Shown here: positions 25,836-44,420 of the stretch, piece after piece
Layout of the letters: the number at the start of each line of letters is the position of its first letter
How positions within the stretch are numbered: the first letter of the stretch is position 1
Assembly: GCF_009914755.1 (NCBI RefSeq)
Contig: NC_060947.1
From: the human T2T-CHM13v2.0 reference genome, Homo sapiens
Reading direction: 5' to 3' (one strand)
Length of the DNA: 64,000 nt
Notes under the pieces: model-generated
The model's input: only the letters and a program-made list of their open reading frames with translations
Told to the model about the DNA's origin: nothing
Databases searched by the model: none
Made by a program: the position numbers and the translations under genes

Positions 25836-26410
25836 ATATTTTAATAACTAAATCACATAGCTATCTATCTTTTGATAACTAACCAAATATTTTCATATAT
25901 ATCCTTAATATCTATATATTATATAAATTGATGAAATTAATGAAAAGAAATATGACCTATACATTACCTTTTAATATCAAAAAGGAAAATTTCTATAACT
26001 ATCTATTCCAACAAACCAACAAGAACATAAGAAAATCATAACAGGTTACTCCAAAAGTAAGTAAATACCACTTTTATTTTCCATCTCTTCCTTAACTTCA
26101 AAGGCTGAGAAACAACTGAACAATGGCTATGGAGTTTGAGGGAGAAAGAAAATGACAAGATAATTGCATACCCAGCCAAGCTATTATTCACCTATGAGAG
26201 CAGCAGAAATATATTTTTAGATATTTAAGGATGATAAAGTTTACTACTTAATTATTCAACTTAGAAAAAGAATAATTCTGGTTGATCAAAATAGCAGACA
26301 ATGGTTCTCAAAGTATGATTTTTTATAAGAAAGAAAAAGATAATAGTCAAAATAATAATTTTGAGAAGGATCAGTGTGTGATACAAAATAAATCATTGTG
26401 AGGAAAGACA

Positions 26411-28300
<1,890 letters not shown>

Positions 28301-28339
28301 TGGCATGAAAAATAGATACAATTGTGTCTTTCTAATGTA

Positions 28340-28660
28340 AACAGCCCTTCTAATCTCAACGTGTAGTATTCATCCTTGGATCTAAGGCCACTGCTCCAGT
28401 TCTCATTAACTTCCAGTCAAGAGGAAGGTAGAAAATCCCAGGGTAGCACATAGCATTCATTTATTTTTAGGGACAGAACTAAGAAGTGGAACATGCCACT
28501 TCTGCTCAGAATTCACTGACTACAATAATCACATGGCCAAAATTGCAACGGCATGTTGTAAACATAGTTTTAGGATGGACATCCATGGGTCCAGCTAACC
28601 TTAGGAGTTCAATTGTTAAGTAAAAGGAGAATGGAAATTGATATACATTTATCAGCTTCT
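28340..28660 (-). mobile_element. Old MLT1-type LTR fragment
   Basis: agaagtggaacatgccacttctgctcagaattcactgac...aatcacatggcc resembles antisense MLT1 sequence. Confidence 0.4.
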
Positions 28661-29089
28661 GCAGCAATGAAACATTATAACAAGTAAACACTTCCAATGT
28701 TTTGATTAAACAGATACATAGGTATCCACATGATGGACTAGCCTCTAGCCATTAAAATTAATGCTGAGGAAGAGCATTTAGTTACCTATGGAAAAAAGTT
28801 CTTGCCCAAATCTTGTTCCAGTTGTCTTTATGACACTGCAGATAGGAATCTGACAGCGAAAACACAGTATCTTTAGTAGTCCATGTTCTTATTTGACTAT
28901 GTTGTTTTGGATTTAAGGCAGAATCAGGCTTCAATAGATACATGGAATGTATTTATCCAAATTACTTACCTAACCCCTGCTACATTTTTTTGATTCCTCA
29001 GTTTCTGGGTAATCCTAATTAGTACTTCCATTCCAGTGTTTGATGCAATAACTACTTTTGATTGAGTGCATAAGAATCATTCACAATGC

Positions 29090-29260
29090 CAAGCATTTTT
29101 CTTCCATTAAGCCTTTTATCCTCAAATATTCCCAAGAAGTAGATACTAGAATTATCATCACTCTTGCTCATAAATAAGGAAACAGGCACAGAGTAGTTAA
29201 ACTTGCCCACATGTACCAGCTAATAAGTGGCAAAGGCAAGGTTAAAATCTCAATCTCACT
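29090..29260 (-). mobile_element. MIR
   Basis: aaataaggaaacaggcacagag..gttaaacttgcccac..accagctaataagtggc. Confidence 0.7.
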
Positions 29261-29275
29261 CTTAAGCCTGTATTC

Positions 29276-32688
<3,413 letters not shown>

Positions 32689-33580
32689 AGCTGGTAAAGT
32701 TTCCGCTAAGAAATATATTGTTAGTCTGATGAGGATCTCTTAAATGTGACTTGACACTTTTGCTATTTATAGAATTCTTTTTGTCTTTGACTTTTGATAG
32801 TTAGACAATAATATACCTCAAGGAAGACCCTTGTGCATTGAATATATAGGGGTATGTTTGAGCTTCCTGTATCTGGATGTCTATATCTCTTACAAGACTT
32901 GGGAAGTTTTCTGCTATTTTATTAAAAGGTTTGCTATGACATTGTGCATCTCTTCTCTTTCTGGAACACCCAAAATTCAAATATTTGGTTGCTTTATGGT
33001 GTCTCCTATGTTAAATAGGCTTTGTTCTTTGTTATTTTTTCTTTTTTATCTGAATATTTCAAAGATTTGCCTTCAAATTCAGAAATCAATTCTTCTGCTT
33101 TAATCTACTGATAAAACTCTTAATTGCAATTTTTATTTTATTCATTGAATGTTTTCTATTTCAGAATTTCTTTTGGTTCTTTCTTATGTTGTCTATTTTT
33201 GTTGAATTTCTAATTCAGAACAGGAATTTGTTTTCCTGATTCATGTGTACCATTTTTCCTTCTTCTCTTGTATCTCACTGAGTTTGTAATATCTTCATTT
33301 TGAATTCCTTTTCAGGTATTTCAAGATTTTTCTTTTCATTAAAATCTGTTGCTGGATAATTATTGTATTCCTTTGGAGGTGTCAAATTTTTCTGCTTTGT
33401 AAATGTTTCTCATGTTTTCAATTTGATATTTTCACATCTAATGCAATGGTTGCTTCTTTGGTTGTATGGATTGACTTTCATAGAAAAAGACATTTTTCTA
33501 TACATGTATCTACAGTGTTAGTTTGGTATGGGTGCTTTGGCTTTGATTCTGTGTGGGCACAGTATTGTAGTTTCCATATG

Positions 33581-36366
33581 TGTATTGGCCTGCTCTCATG
33601 CTGCCAATAAAGACATACACAAAACTGGGTAATTTATAAAGAAAAGAGGTGTAACTGACTCACAGTTCATCATGGCTGGGGAGGCCTCAGAAAGCTTACA
33701 ACCATGGCAGAAGGGGGAGCAAATATGTCCTTCTTTACATGGTGGCAGCAAGACATGCTGAGCAAAAGAAGGAAAACCTCCTTATCAAACCATCAGATCT
33801 CATGGGAACTCACTATCATGAGAACAGCATGAGAGTAACCTTCCCCATAATTAAATTACCTTGCACTGGTTCCCCCTCATGACACATGGGGATTATTGAA
33901 ACTACAATTCAAGAGGTTATTTGGGTTGGGACACAGCCAAACCATATCATTCCATCCCTGGCCCCTCCCAAATCTCATGTCCTCACATTTTAAAACACAA
34001 TTATGCATTTCCAACAGTCCCCCAAAGTCTTAATTCATTCCAGCATTAACTCAAAATTCCAAGTCCAAAGTCTCATCTGAGACCAGGCAAGTCCCTTCCA
34101 CCTATGATCCTGTAAAATCTAAAGCAAGTTAGTTACTTCTTAGATACAATGGAAATACAGGCATTGAGTAAATACACCCATTCCAAATGGGAGAAATTGG
34201 CCAAAATGAAGGCACTGCAGGCCCCATCCCATTCTGAAATCCAATAGGGCAGTCATTAATCCTTAAAATTTTGAAATGCTCCACTTTTACTCCATGTCAT
34301 ACATCCAGGGCATGCTGATGCAAGAGGTGGGCTACCACAGCCTTGGGTAGCTCCACATCTGTGGCTTTGCAGGGTACAGCCTCCCCTACTGGCTAGTTTC
34401 ACGGGCTGGCATAGAGTGCCTGCAGCCTTTCCAGGTGCACAGCACAAGCTTCCAGTGGATGGGGTCTGGAGGATGGTGGCCTTCTTCTCATGGCTGTACC
34501 AGGCAGTGCACCAGTGGGGCCTCTGGGTGGGGGCTCCAAACCCACATTTCCCTTCCACAGCAGAGGTTCTCCACGAGGGCTCTACCCCAGCTGCAAAATT
34601 CTGCCTGGACTTCCAGGCATTTCCACACATTGTCTGAAATCTAGGTAGAGGTTCACAGACCTAAATTCCTGACTTCTATGCACCCAGAGGCTCAACACCA
34701 CGTGGAAGCCACCAAGGCTTGGGGCTTGCACTCTCTGAAGCAATGGCCTTAGCTGTACATTGGCTCCTTTTAACCACAGCTGGAGCTGAAGCAGCTAGGA
34801 TGTAGGACAACCTGTCCCAAGGCTGCATAGAGCAAGGTGGCCCTGGGTTTGGTCCAGGAAACCATTTTTCCCTCCTAGGCCACCAGGCCTGTGATAGGAG
34901 AGGCTTCCATGAAGGTCTCGGACATGCCCTGGAGATATTTTCCCCATTGTCTTGGTGAATAACATTTGGCTCCTTGTTACTTATGTAAATTTCTGCCACA
35001 GGCTTGAATTTCTCCCCAGAAAATTGTTTTTTCTTTTCTATCACATAATAGGGTGCAAATTTTCCTAGCTATTATACTCTGCTTTCCTTTTAAACATAAG
35101 TTCCCATTTCAAAACATCTCCTTGTAATGCACAAAACTGAATGCTTTCAAAATAATCCAGGTCACATATTGAATGCTTTGCTGCTTAGAAATTTTTTCCA
35201 CAAGATACCCTAAATCATCTCTCTCAAATTCAAAGTTCCACAGATCTCTAGGGCAAATGCAAAATGCTACCAGCCTCTTTACTAAAACACAGATAGCAAT
35301 ATTGACCTTTACTCCACTTCTCATCCAGTTCCTTAACTTTATCTGAGACCACCTCAGCCTGGACTTCATTGTCCATATCAGTATGAACATTTTGGTCAAA
35401 GCCATTCAACAAGTCTCTGGGAAGTTCTTTTTTTTTTTTTTTTTGAGACGGAGTCTCGCTCTGTCGCCCAGGCCGGACTGCGGACTGCAGTGGCGCAATC
35501 TCGGCTCACTGCAAGCTCCGCTTCCCGGGTTCACGCCATTCTCCTGCCTCAGCCTCCTGAGTAGCTGGGACTACAGGCGCCCGCCACCGCACCCGGCTAA
35601 TTTTTTGTATTTTTAGTAGATATGGGGTTTCACCTTGTTAGCCAGGATGGTCTCGATCTCCTGACCTCATGATCCACCCGCCTCGGCCTCCCAAAGTGCT
35701 GGGATTACAGGCGTGAGCCACCGCGCCCGGCCGTCTCTGGGAAGTTCTAAACTTTCCCACATCTTCCTGTTTTCTGAGGTCTCCAAGTATTTAGGAAGTC
35801 CCAAACTTTCCCACATTTTCCTGTCTTCTTCTATGCCCTCCAGACTATTCCAACCTCTGCCTGTAACCCATTTCCAAATGCACTTCCACATTTCCTGCTA
35901 TCCTTATAGAAGCACCCTACCCTGCCAGTACCAATTTACTTTTTTTATCTGTTCTCATGCTGCCAATAAAGACATATCCAAGACTGGGTAATTTATAAAG
36001 GAAAGAAGCTTAATTGACTCACAGTTCAGCATGGCTGGGGAGGTCTCAGGAGACTACAATCATGGCAGAAGGGGAAAGAAACATGTCCTTCTTCACATGG
36101 CAGCAGCAAGGAGAAGTGCCAACCAAAAGGGGGAAAACTCTTATAAAACCATGAGATCTCATGAGAACTCAATCACTATCATGAGAACAGCATGAGGTAA
36201 TTGTCCTCATAATAAAATTACCTCCTATTGGGTCCCTCCCATGACATGTGGGGATTATTGGAACTATAATTTAAGAAGAGATTTGGCTGGGGACACAGCC
36301 AAACTGTATCTATTGGAACTATAATTTAAGAAGAGATTTGGCTGGGGACACAGCCAAACTGTATCT
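33581..36366 (-). mobile_element. THE1 (THE1C/D-like) MaLR provirus: LTR 33581-33949, internal ~33950-35939, LTR ~35940-36366
   Basis: Two homologous LTRs (tgtattggcc...aaaccatatca) around a MaLR internal region. Probable TSD ATATG (33576-33580) / ATATT (36367-36371). Confidence 0.93.
35429..35732 (-). mobile_element. AluYb8, full length
   Basis: Diagnostic 7-bp duplication gccggactgcggactgcagtgg and caccttgttagcc. CpG-rich. Perfect 16-bp TSD GTCTCTGGGAAGTTCT at 35413-35428 and 35733-35748. Confidence 0.95.
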
Positions 36367-39300
36367 ATATTATTTCTTCAGCTATAATCAGTGTCAGTGA
36401 TGTCTGAGTTTCTCATTGGCCTATGCTGTCATTGTTAGTTGAGGCTGTGGCAAGGCTTTGTTGGGATAGGGTAACCAAGTCAGTTTGTCTTGAGGCACCA
36501 GTAGTGGTGGTGGTGGTGGTGGTGGTGGGTTGGGCATAGCAGTTCTCGGGCCCCTGGGTACTATATATGGACACTGGTGGTCTGGACAAGCTGGTTTTGG
36601 GCATCCAGATAGCTTTCTCTAATCCTGGCAATGGCAGCAGTGGGAAGGGCAGGTGGGGGAAGTCCTTGGGCCCCTAGGTAGTGTACATGGTGTTGGTGGT
36701 GGCAGTGGCTGTGGTAGGTGAACCTTTGGACCCCCAAGTGGCAGATGTGGACATCAGCTGTGGTAGCAGTGGGCTGAGCCAGCCAGTCTATAGACTTCTA
36801 GGAGGTATGTGCAGGTGAAAATGGCAGGAGCATCATGCTCATCCTCAGGTATCTGGAAGGCATATGTGGACCCTGGTGGTGGCAGGTGGGGTGAGTCAAT
36901 CCTCAGGCCCTTGGATGGCACATATGGGCACCAGCAGTAGTAGGTGTGGGCAAAGTCAGTCTCTCCTTAGGCCTCTGGATGATGTGTACAAACACGCACA
37001 GTTGTAGACAGTGTGGGTCAATACCCAAGCTCCTGGATTACATGTTTAGGCACTGCCAGCATGAGTTGGGAAGACCTGTCCTCAGGCCCCTGGATGGTTA
37101 TGTGGGTGCTGATGGTGGTGGTCAAGGTGAGCCTGTCATCACACTTCTTGATGTTGTGCACAGGTGTCAGCAGTGGTAGGTGGGGTGAGTTGATCCCCAC
37201 ACCCCATAATGGCACATGCTGATGCCAATAGCAGCAGGTCTTGGAATGGTATGTGGGTTAGCCTGTCCCCAGGTACCCTGAAAATGTGTGTAGCTATGTG
37301 GCAGTCCTGCCACTAAAAGGGATGGTGTTGCTCTCATGGCAGCAATCTCAGGCAGGTGGCTCTTAGGGTCCAGGGAGCACATATTTCAGCTCCCTTTGTC
37401 CTGGACCCAGCCTCCCTGGTGCACTGCACTGTCCAGTCCCTGGGGAGAGGGTCTTTGTGTGTGCTAGATTGCTGGCAAACCAGCTGCACCGTTAGTTCCA
37501 GCTGCTGTCATGATGCTAGAGCTTTTTGGATAAATGTGGAAGGATGTGAATGGAGTTCTTGGCATGTGAAGGTGCAGGAACTGTTAAGAATCAAGAAAAA
37601 ATACAGTCTGGTGGGGTATGGGCCCTCAAATGTCACCATAGTACAATTGTATGGGTCTTCAGTGGAGGTGTGTGACACAGTACAGACTCACTCTTTGGAA
37701 AATTGTCATTGAGTGGACCCTAGGCAGTTCCCTATACTAGTATCAGGATTTGCAAGGGTGAAGAGGCTCTCCTATAGCTAGGGCTGCAGGCACTCATGAT
37801 GGGAATGTGCAACACTGGGGATCTCTCACTTACCTTTTCCCCACAATAGGGAGCTCCTCCTGGCTACAAGCTGATCCTGGCTTAGGTAGCTGCTTCCTGC
37901 TTTGCTTACCTCTCTTTCCTTGACTCAGATGGTCCCTGTCACTTTACTGCTGAATTTCAATGTTCTCTCTTAGAAACTTTATTCTGCATGTGGTTATTTA
38001 ATTGCTGTTTTTGGTCCTTTCATTGTAGAGAAGATGACTGCCAGGCACCTCTAGCCAGCAATCTTTCACCAAGAGATTTATTTAATCATATGATATGAAT
38101 GTAATTCATTATCTACACAGTTGGGTATTTTTAGAAAGATAAATAGATTGGAGTAGAGAAAAATTTTGCATACAATGTGTTCCAAAGTCAAAAAAGGTGA
38201 TCTGGTTTTTTTTCCGGATTACTGTTCCTCTCCACTAAGGCTGTTGATTGAGGTTTGTGATTAATTATTTAATAAGTTAAGACTGAAGGTAATTTATATT
38301 TATTTCATCTGCATAGAGTATTACACTCTAGCAAAATGAAATTATTTAACACAACAAAAGAGAAACAATGTATTTAAAATAACATAACTGGAAATACCTA
38401 GAAATACTAATGCTTTATATATCATCACTGTCACATTATCTTGACTATAATGGAAAAATAGAAAATCATTTAAATACCTCCACAAGCAATGAAATGGCAG
38501 ATGGCAGCCTTGGGCTAGGTCTGGAGAAAAGAAAATTCTACTTGTCTTATGCGTCTGGCTTTTCCCAACCCCATGACCTCCCCTAATCCTACACAATGTA
38601 CAAGCAAAGAAGCTAACTACCATCACAATTCCATATCTTATCTATTGTGACTTTCTGAGGGGAATTATTTCTCCCTCTCTATTTGACTGACTGAGAAATT
38701 AATGAAACGTGGTTATAAAAATGAAATGTCATTATACAATGGAAATTTCATGGAAGAAAATTTCATTGGTTTTAAGACTCATAGAGGCAAACATCACAGT
38801 GAAATATGAACATAAGTTATAAATCCAGCTTGCCTTGTGAAGCTGCAATGTTGGAAAACTTTAACAACGATCTGTAAACATGGTGCTTACTTACTATCTA
38901 CTACACCCTCCTTTGGCAATAAGTTAACCCACCTTCATCACTACCACTAATGTACTGCATCTCTCTGTATTCTCTGTCCCTTCAAGACTATTGTCTTTGT
39001 GAATGAGTGGTGCTCATGAGTTCTTGGGTTATTCTACCCCAAATAACCTCATTGTCTTTAAGCAGTGGCCTCCTGGAGATGGTGCCATAACCTCCTTCAA
39101 GAGAATTTAATAGAAATTTCAAGTATAATGGCAGACTGGTGAATTCCATTACATCAAATGGAAATGCTGAAGAAAGGTTCAGCCCATTCTTTCTCATCCT
39201 TTCTTCACTTTCTTTTCCATAGCATATATTGGTTATATGTGAATAAAAATCTAATTCATGTTCATTGTTGAAAACCTGGAAAGCATAGAAAAGCTAAAAG

Positions 39301-39587
39301 AGATAATTAAAATCAATAAATCATATCAATATTTAATATTACAGAGTATTACCTGGTCTTTTATTCCACATGTATTTGTATACATGAATATATTTATTCA
39401 AAACTATAACTATAAGCTGCATATTGTTTTGTGATCTGATTTTTTTCAAGTAACAATATAACAGGGATGTTTTTTATGGATGATTAACAATTTTTCTGCA
39501 GCATAGCTTTTCTCTTTACTTGGCACCTTCTTCAAGCCAATGGGCTTAACTAGGCATTCAAGCTGGCACATATAAAAGATGTATTGA

Positions 39588-41750
39588 TGTATTAGTCCAT
39601 TCTCACATTGCTGTAATGAACTACCTGACACTTGGTAGTTCATAAAGAAGAGTTTTAATTCACTCACAGTTCTGCATGCTGTACAGGAAGCATGGCTGGG
39701 GAGGCCTCAGAAAACTTACAATCATGGTGGAAGAGGAAGCAAGCACATAGTCACATGACCAGCAGGAGAAAGAGAGCAAAGGGGGAAGTTCTACACACTT
39801 TTAAACAACCAGATATTGTGACAACTCACTCACTATCTCAAGAACAGCAAGGGGAAAATTTGCCCCCATGATTCAGTCACCTCCCACTAGGTTCCTCCCC
39901 AACATTGGGAATTACAATTCAACATGAGATTTGGGAGGGAACACAGAGCCAAACCCTATCATTCCACCCCTGATCACTCACAATTCACAGTTCCCTCTCA
40001 CGTTTCAAACACAATCATGCCTTCCCAACAGTCCCCAAAAGTCTCAACTAATTCTAGCATAGGGTAGTCATTAAATCTTAGAGTTCAAAAATAATCTCAT
40101 TTTACTTCACGTCTGACATCCATGCCATGCTGATGCAAGGGGTGGGCTTTCAAGGCCATGGGAAGCTCTGTCCCTGTGGCCTTGCTGGGTACAGCCCTGC
40201 AACTGCTTTCACAGGCTGGCATTGAGTGCCTACATCTTTTCTAGGTGCACAGTGCAGATTGTTGTTGGATCTACCATTCTGGGGTCTAGAGGACAGTGGC
40301 CTTCTTCTCACAGCTCCACTAGGCAGTGCCCCAGTGGGACTCTGTGTGTGGGCTCCAAACCCACATTTCTCCTCTGCACTGCCTTAATAGAGGTTCTTCA
40401 TGAGGGCTCTGCCCTGCAGCAAACTTCTGCCTGGACACCTAGGCATTTCTATACATCCTCTGAAATCTAGGTGGAGGCTCCCAAGCCTCAACTCTTGCCT
40501 TCTGCACACCCGCAGGTCCAACACTATGTGAAAGCTGCCAAGTCTTGGGGCCTGCACCTTCTGAAGCAATGCCCTGAGCTGTACCTTGACTCCTTCTAGC
40601 CACACTTGCAGCTGGGGCAGCTGGGATGTGGAGTGTTACGTCCTGAGGCTGCACAGAGCATCAGGACCCTGGGCCTGGTCCAGGAATCCATTTTTTTCCT
40701 CCTAGGCCTCCAGGCCTATGATGCAAGAGGCTGCCACAAAGGCTTCTGAAATGCTCTAGAGGCATTTTCCCCATTGTCTTGAATATTAAAATTTGGCTCT
40801 ACTTAACTTATGCAAATTTCTGCAGCAGGTGGCTTGAATTCCTCCCCCAGAAAATGGGTTTTTCTTTTCTACCGCATTGTTGGGCTGCAAATTTTCCAAA
40901 CTTTTATGCTCTGCTTTCCTTTTAAATATAAGTTCCAATTTCAGACCACCTCTTTGCAAACACATGATTGTTAGAAGCAGCCAGGCTACATCTTGAATGC
41001 TCTGCTGCTTAGAAATTTCTTCCACCAAATACTCCAAATCATCTTTCTCAAGTTTAAAATTTCACAGATCTCTAGAGCAGTCTCTATGCTAAAGCATAGC
41101 AAGAGTGACCTTTACTCCCGTTCCCAATAAGTTCTTCATCTCCATGTGAGACCACCTTAGCCTGGACTTCACTGTCCATATTACTAGCAGCATTTTAGTC
41201 ACAACTATTCAACAAGTCTCTAGGAAGTTCCAGACTTTCCTTTATCTTCCTGTCTTTTTCAGATCCCTCCAAACTGTTTCCACTCTGATCATTACCCATT
41301 TCCAAAGTCACTTATACGTTTTCAGGTAACTTTATAAAAATGCCCCACTGCAGGAACCGATTTTCTGTATTAGTCTGTTCTCACGTTGCTGTAAAGGACT
41401 ACTTGAGACTGGGTAGTTTACAAAGAAAGGAGGTTTAATTGACTCACAGTTCCACAGGCTGTACAGGAAGCATGGCTGGAGAAACCTCAGGAAACTGATA
41501 ATCATGGCAGAAAGTGAAGGGGAAGCAAACACATCTTCACATGGCCAGCATGAGAGAGAGAGAGCAAAGGGAGAAGTGCTAAACACTTTTTAACAACCAG
41601 ATCACATGAGAATTCATTCACTATCACAAGAAAAACAAGGGACAAATCCGCCCCCATGATCCAGTCACCTCCCACCAGGTCCCTCCCCCAAAACTGGGAA
41701 TTATAATTTGACATGAAATTTGAGTTGGGACACAGAGCCAAACCATATCA
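39588..41750 (-). mobile_element. MaLR provirus (THE1D/MSTA-like): LTR 39588-39961, internal 39962-41365, LTR 41366-41750
   Basis: Two LTRs tgtattagtc...aaacc(c/a)tatca. The internal region is homologous to 33950-35939 but lacks ~190 bp near 40060. Confidence 0.92.
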
Positions 41751-42954
41751 TTTGGTATGTGTATATCTCATTCCTTTTATATTGTCTGATTTTGTGGCTT
41801 TTCAACTGTCAAAGTTTTAGAGAAGGGACCCTCTTCCTGTATTTTGCTCTTAGAAATTCCAACTGGCAAAGATGACTGGCTTTAGTAGTAGAGAGACTTG
41901 TGTTGTCATTAAGCCATTTGAAAACAAAAAATAATGGAAAATTAACATTTTTATCATTCATTCAGCTCTAGGATCCTCCTCATTTTTGGCTTAAAAAGAA
42001 GGGACAGAGGCACAGAATATCGGTATTAGGATGGGTCTTAGCAATTTTGAAATCCAACTCAGAGAATTTTTCATGTATTGAAAGCAATGCTCAGTAAGGT
42101 ATTCCATGTTGCTCAAAGTCATACAGCATGTTAGGATCAGAGCTAATATTAGAACTCAGTATTTCTCACTCCCTAAAATTCAGTGCTTTTAAAATATATC
42201 CTACTGCTATATTGTCACCATAGGCTCTGGGTTTTATTAATAGCAGATAACAAAAAGCAGCATGGGACTTTATTTGGACTGGTCTAGTCCTTGAGGATAA
42301 AGGGGAAAAAGCCCCACTTTGATCTTCCTGTTTTCTAACGGCAACGAGAACCAAAACCAGCCACACTTACATTCTGCTAAGACTAGAACACTGTCTAAAA
42401 TGAAATGGGTTTGATATTCCACTGTATTTCCACTGTATTCATTAGCACTTTTTTATTCTTTTGAGAATGTCTTACCCAAACAAATAGTTTGATTGTTCAT
42501 TATAGGACCTTCCTGAAAGATACATCAACTCTTCAATGGAAAACATTAACAGAAAATTTCACTATAAGATTCTTTCAATCCCTGATCCCCAAATCCTCAC
42601 CTTGCTATTTTCACCTATCTTGGGCTGTTGTATTATGATGTTTGCCATTCCTAATCAAGTTCCTATATTGAAAGACACATCTTAAACCACACCTTTAATT
42701 CTCAATAAATTCTGATCCTTTCTTCCTCTCATCTGAGACACTGCTGCAGCTTTGCAGAGGCGGTAGTCTCCCTTCCTGTGGGTAACAATCAAATCAGCTT
42801 TGTCTTATCAACACGTTGTGTTAGCGATGGAGCCAATTTCTTAACAGCAACTTTAGAGCTGTGGAAAGGACATCAGGATATCTTTTCACAGGGGGTATCT
42901 GTGTCTGTAAAGTTCTTAATGTCACCACATAGCATTTACAAGAGCGGTACGGGG

Positions 42955-43347
42955 TGACAAAGACTCTCTCCTTGACCAAATTTTAGCAAGGCTTCTTTGA
43001 GCCCCTTTCTTAACTACACACTAACGTTGCCTCTCCTTCACCCACGCTGTCCTGTACTTGTCAGCCCTACATTAACCAGTTTTTGCAAGAATCCTGCAAA
43101 GTTAGTTTGGAGAAAATCTCCCATCCTTGATGTTTCCTCTTAGTAATTTTCCATACACTGATTTCCTCACTCTGCTCATTGGCTATAAATCTCTAGTTAT
43201 CTTTGCAGTATTCAGAGGTGTTAAGCCCACTCTCTCTCTCCTATTGCAATAGTCTTAAATTGCAATTGTACTAGACCTATTGTAATAGTCCTAAATAATG
43301 TCTCCCTTACTGTTTTAACAAGCACCAGAATAATTTTTTCTTTAACA
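42955..43347 (+). mobile_element. MER31-like solo LTR (ERV1)
   Basis: Starts tgacaaagactctctccttgaccaaa, contains cattggctataaat (CCAAT/TATA), ends ttctttaaca. Confidence 0.75.
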
Positions 43348-44289
43348 AGCGGCAGGATGCTAATGCAACAGCATTGTCTTAAGAATTTCAAGGGAGGCTG
43401 GCTGCACAGGGATGTTGTTCTGGCTTCTGTGGTATGGGCTATCCTTTTAGTGATAGAGGATCCTGTTTCAACTTGTCCAGCATGGCACTGCCAGAGAAAA
43501 AGGGCAATCTCATCCTGAACACTAGACAAAAGCTATAAAGTACTAGAAAAGGACAAAAGGAATGTTTATTCCTTCGACAGCCAGTACCAAAGAATGCTCA
43601 TTTTTAGCACTCTGGCTTGTGGAATCAAACTTGAGACAAAACAGTAATGCTATTTTCTCGTCCTTGAGTGACTGTCAGATGCATTATTCTGGGTTGGGCT
43701 GCTGTTGCCAATATACTGAGTTATTACCTGTCTCCGGGATACCAGGCATATTTTAACACATTCTAAGACCAGAAATTTTTCTCTTGATTGAACAGCAAAG
43801 CCCATGAGACCACTGACAGGCTTCAGGATCAGGGGCAAGAGTGAGTGAGGCGAGTCTTAATGGTAAGGAGAAATAACAACAAATTTCTTTCAAAGCAATC
43901 AGCTATACTGGCATCTGCTGTGAAAAACATGCAAAAAAGACCTGTTTCAGTGTGTTTTTTCTTTCTTTTTTTTCCCCGTGCTGAAGAAACTCCCATGGAC
44001 TGGGAAAAATATGATACGGTGTGAATGAATGAATGTGAATTAATCCTCCATAGGTGGTGAATACCCTAAGCTTCATTACTCAGAGGAGAGTCTAAGTTAG
44101 TATATCATTCCCCACACCCTCACCCAATAAATAGACACACTGAAAATTAAGGATAGTTGACTTTGCCAAACTTCCTCTGTAGACTACTTATTTAATCACT
44201 ATCTCAGCAGGTCACTATCCCTACACTTGCTATAGCCAGACTTAGAAGACAGTTTGAGAATGCTGAACTTCTAAATGGGCCCGAATCCT

Positions 44290-44420
44290 GATGCCTCTGT
44301 TTCTTCATTTGGAAATTGGTACAATACCTGACTCATATTTTTTGTGTATGTGAAGATTAAATAAAATAACATAAGCAAGTCCCATAACACATGGGTACAA
44401 AATGGAAGTTATTAAAATAA
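44290..44420 (+). mobile_element. MIR fragment
   Basis: gcctctgtttcttcatttggaaattgg...tgtgaagattaaataaaataa. Confidence 0.65.

Larger units (their letters stand above)
32689..38070 (-). mobile_element. Older L1M/L1MA 5' UTR and ORF1 region, interrupted by THE1
   Basis: ctggtaaagtttccgctaagaaa..gttagtctgatg (antisense ORF1). Degenerate G-rich tandem units ggtggtggcaggtgggg...ctcaggcccctgg at 36480-37350 are typical of L1M 5' UTRs. The sequence resumes across the THE1 TSD. Confidence 0.75.

Noticed and set aside
35733-35835. Internal ~55-bp repeat in THE1 internal region (ggaagt..aaactttcccacat..tcctgt twice)
   Set aside because: Diverged and probably a subfamily feature rather than a locus-specific event; needs consensus alignment.
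36480-37350. G-rich degenerate tandem units as a novel minisatellite or G4 array
   Set aside because: Explained by the repeat array of an old L1M 5' UTR.
34256-41037. MaLR internal ORFs (e.g. 34256-34630, 34676-35044, 40786-41037)
   Set aside because: Broken pieces of the decayed THE1/MST internal ORF.
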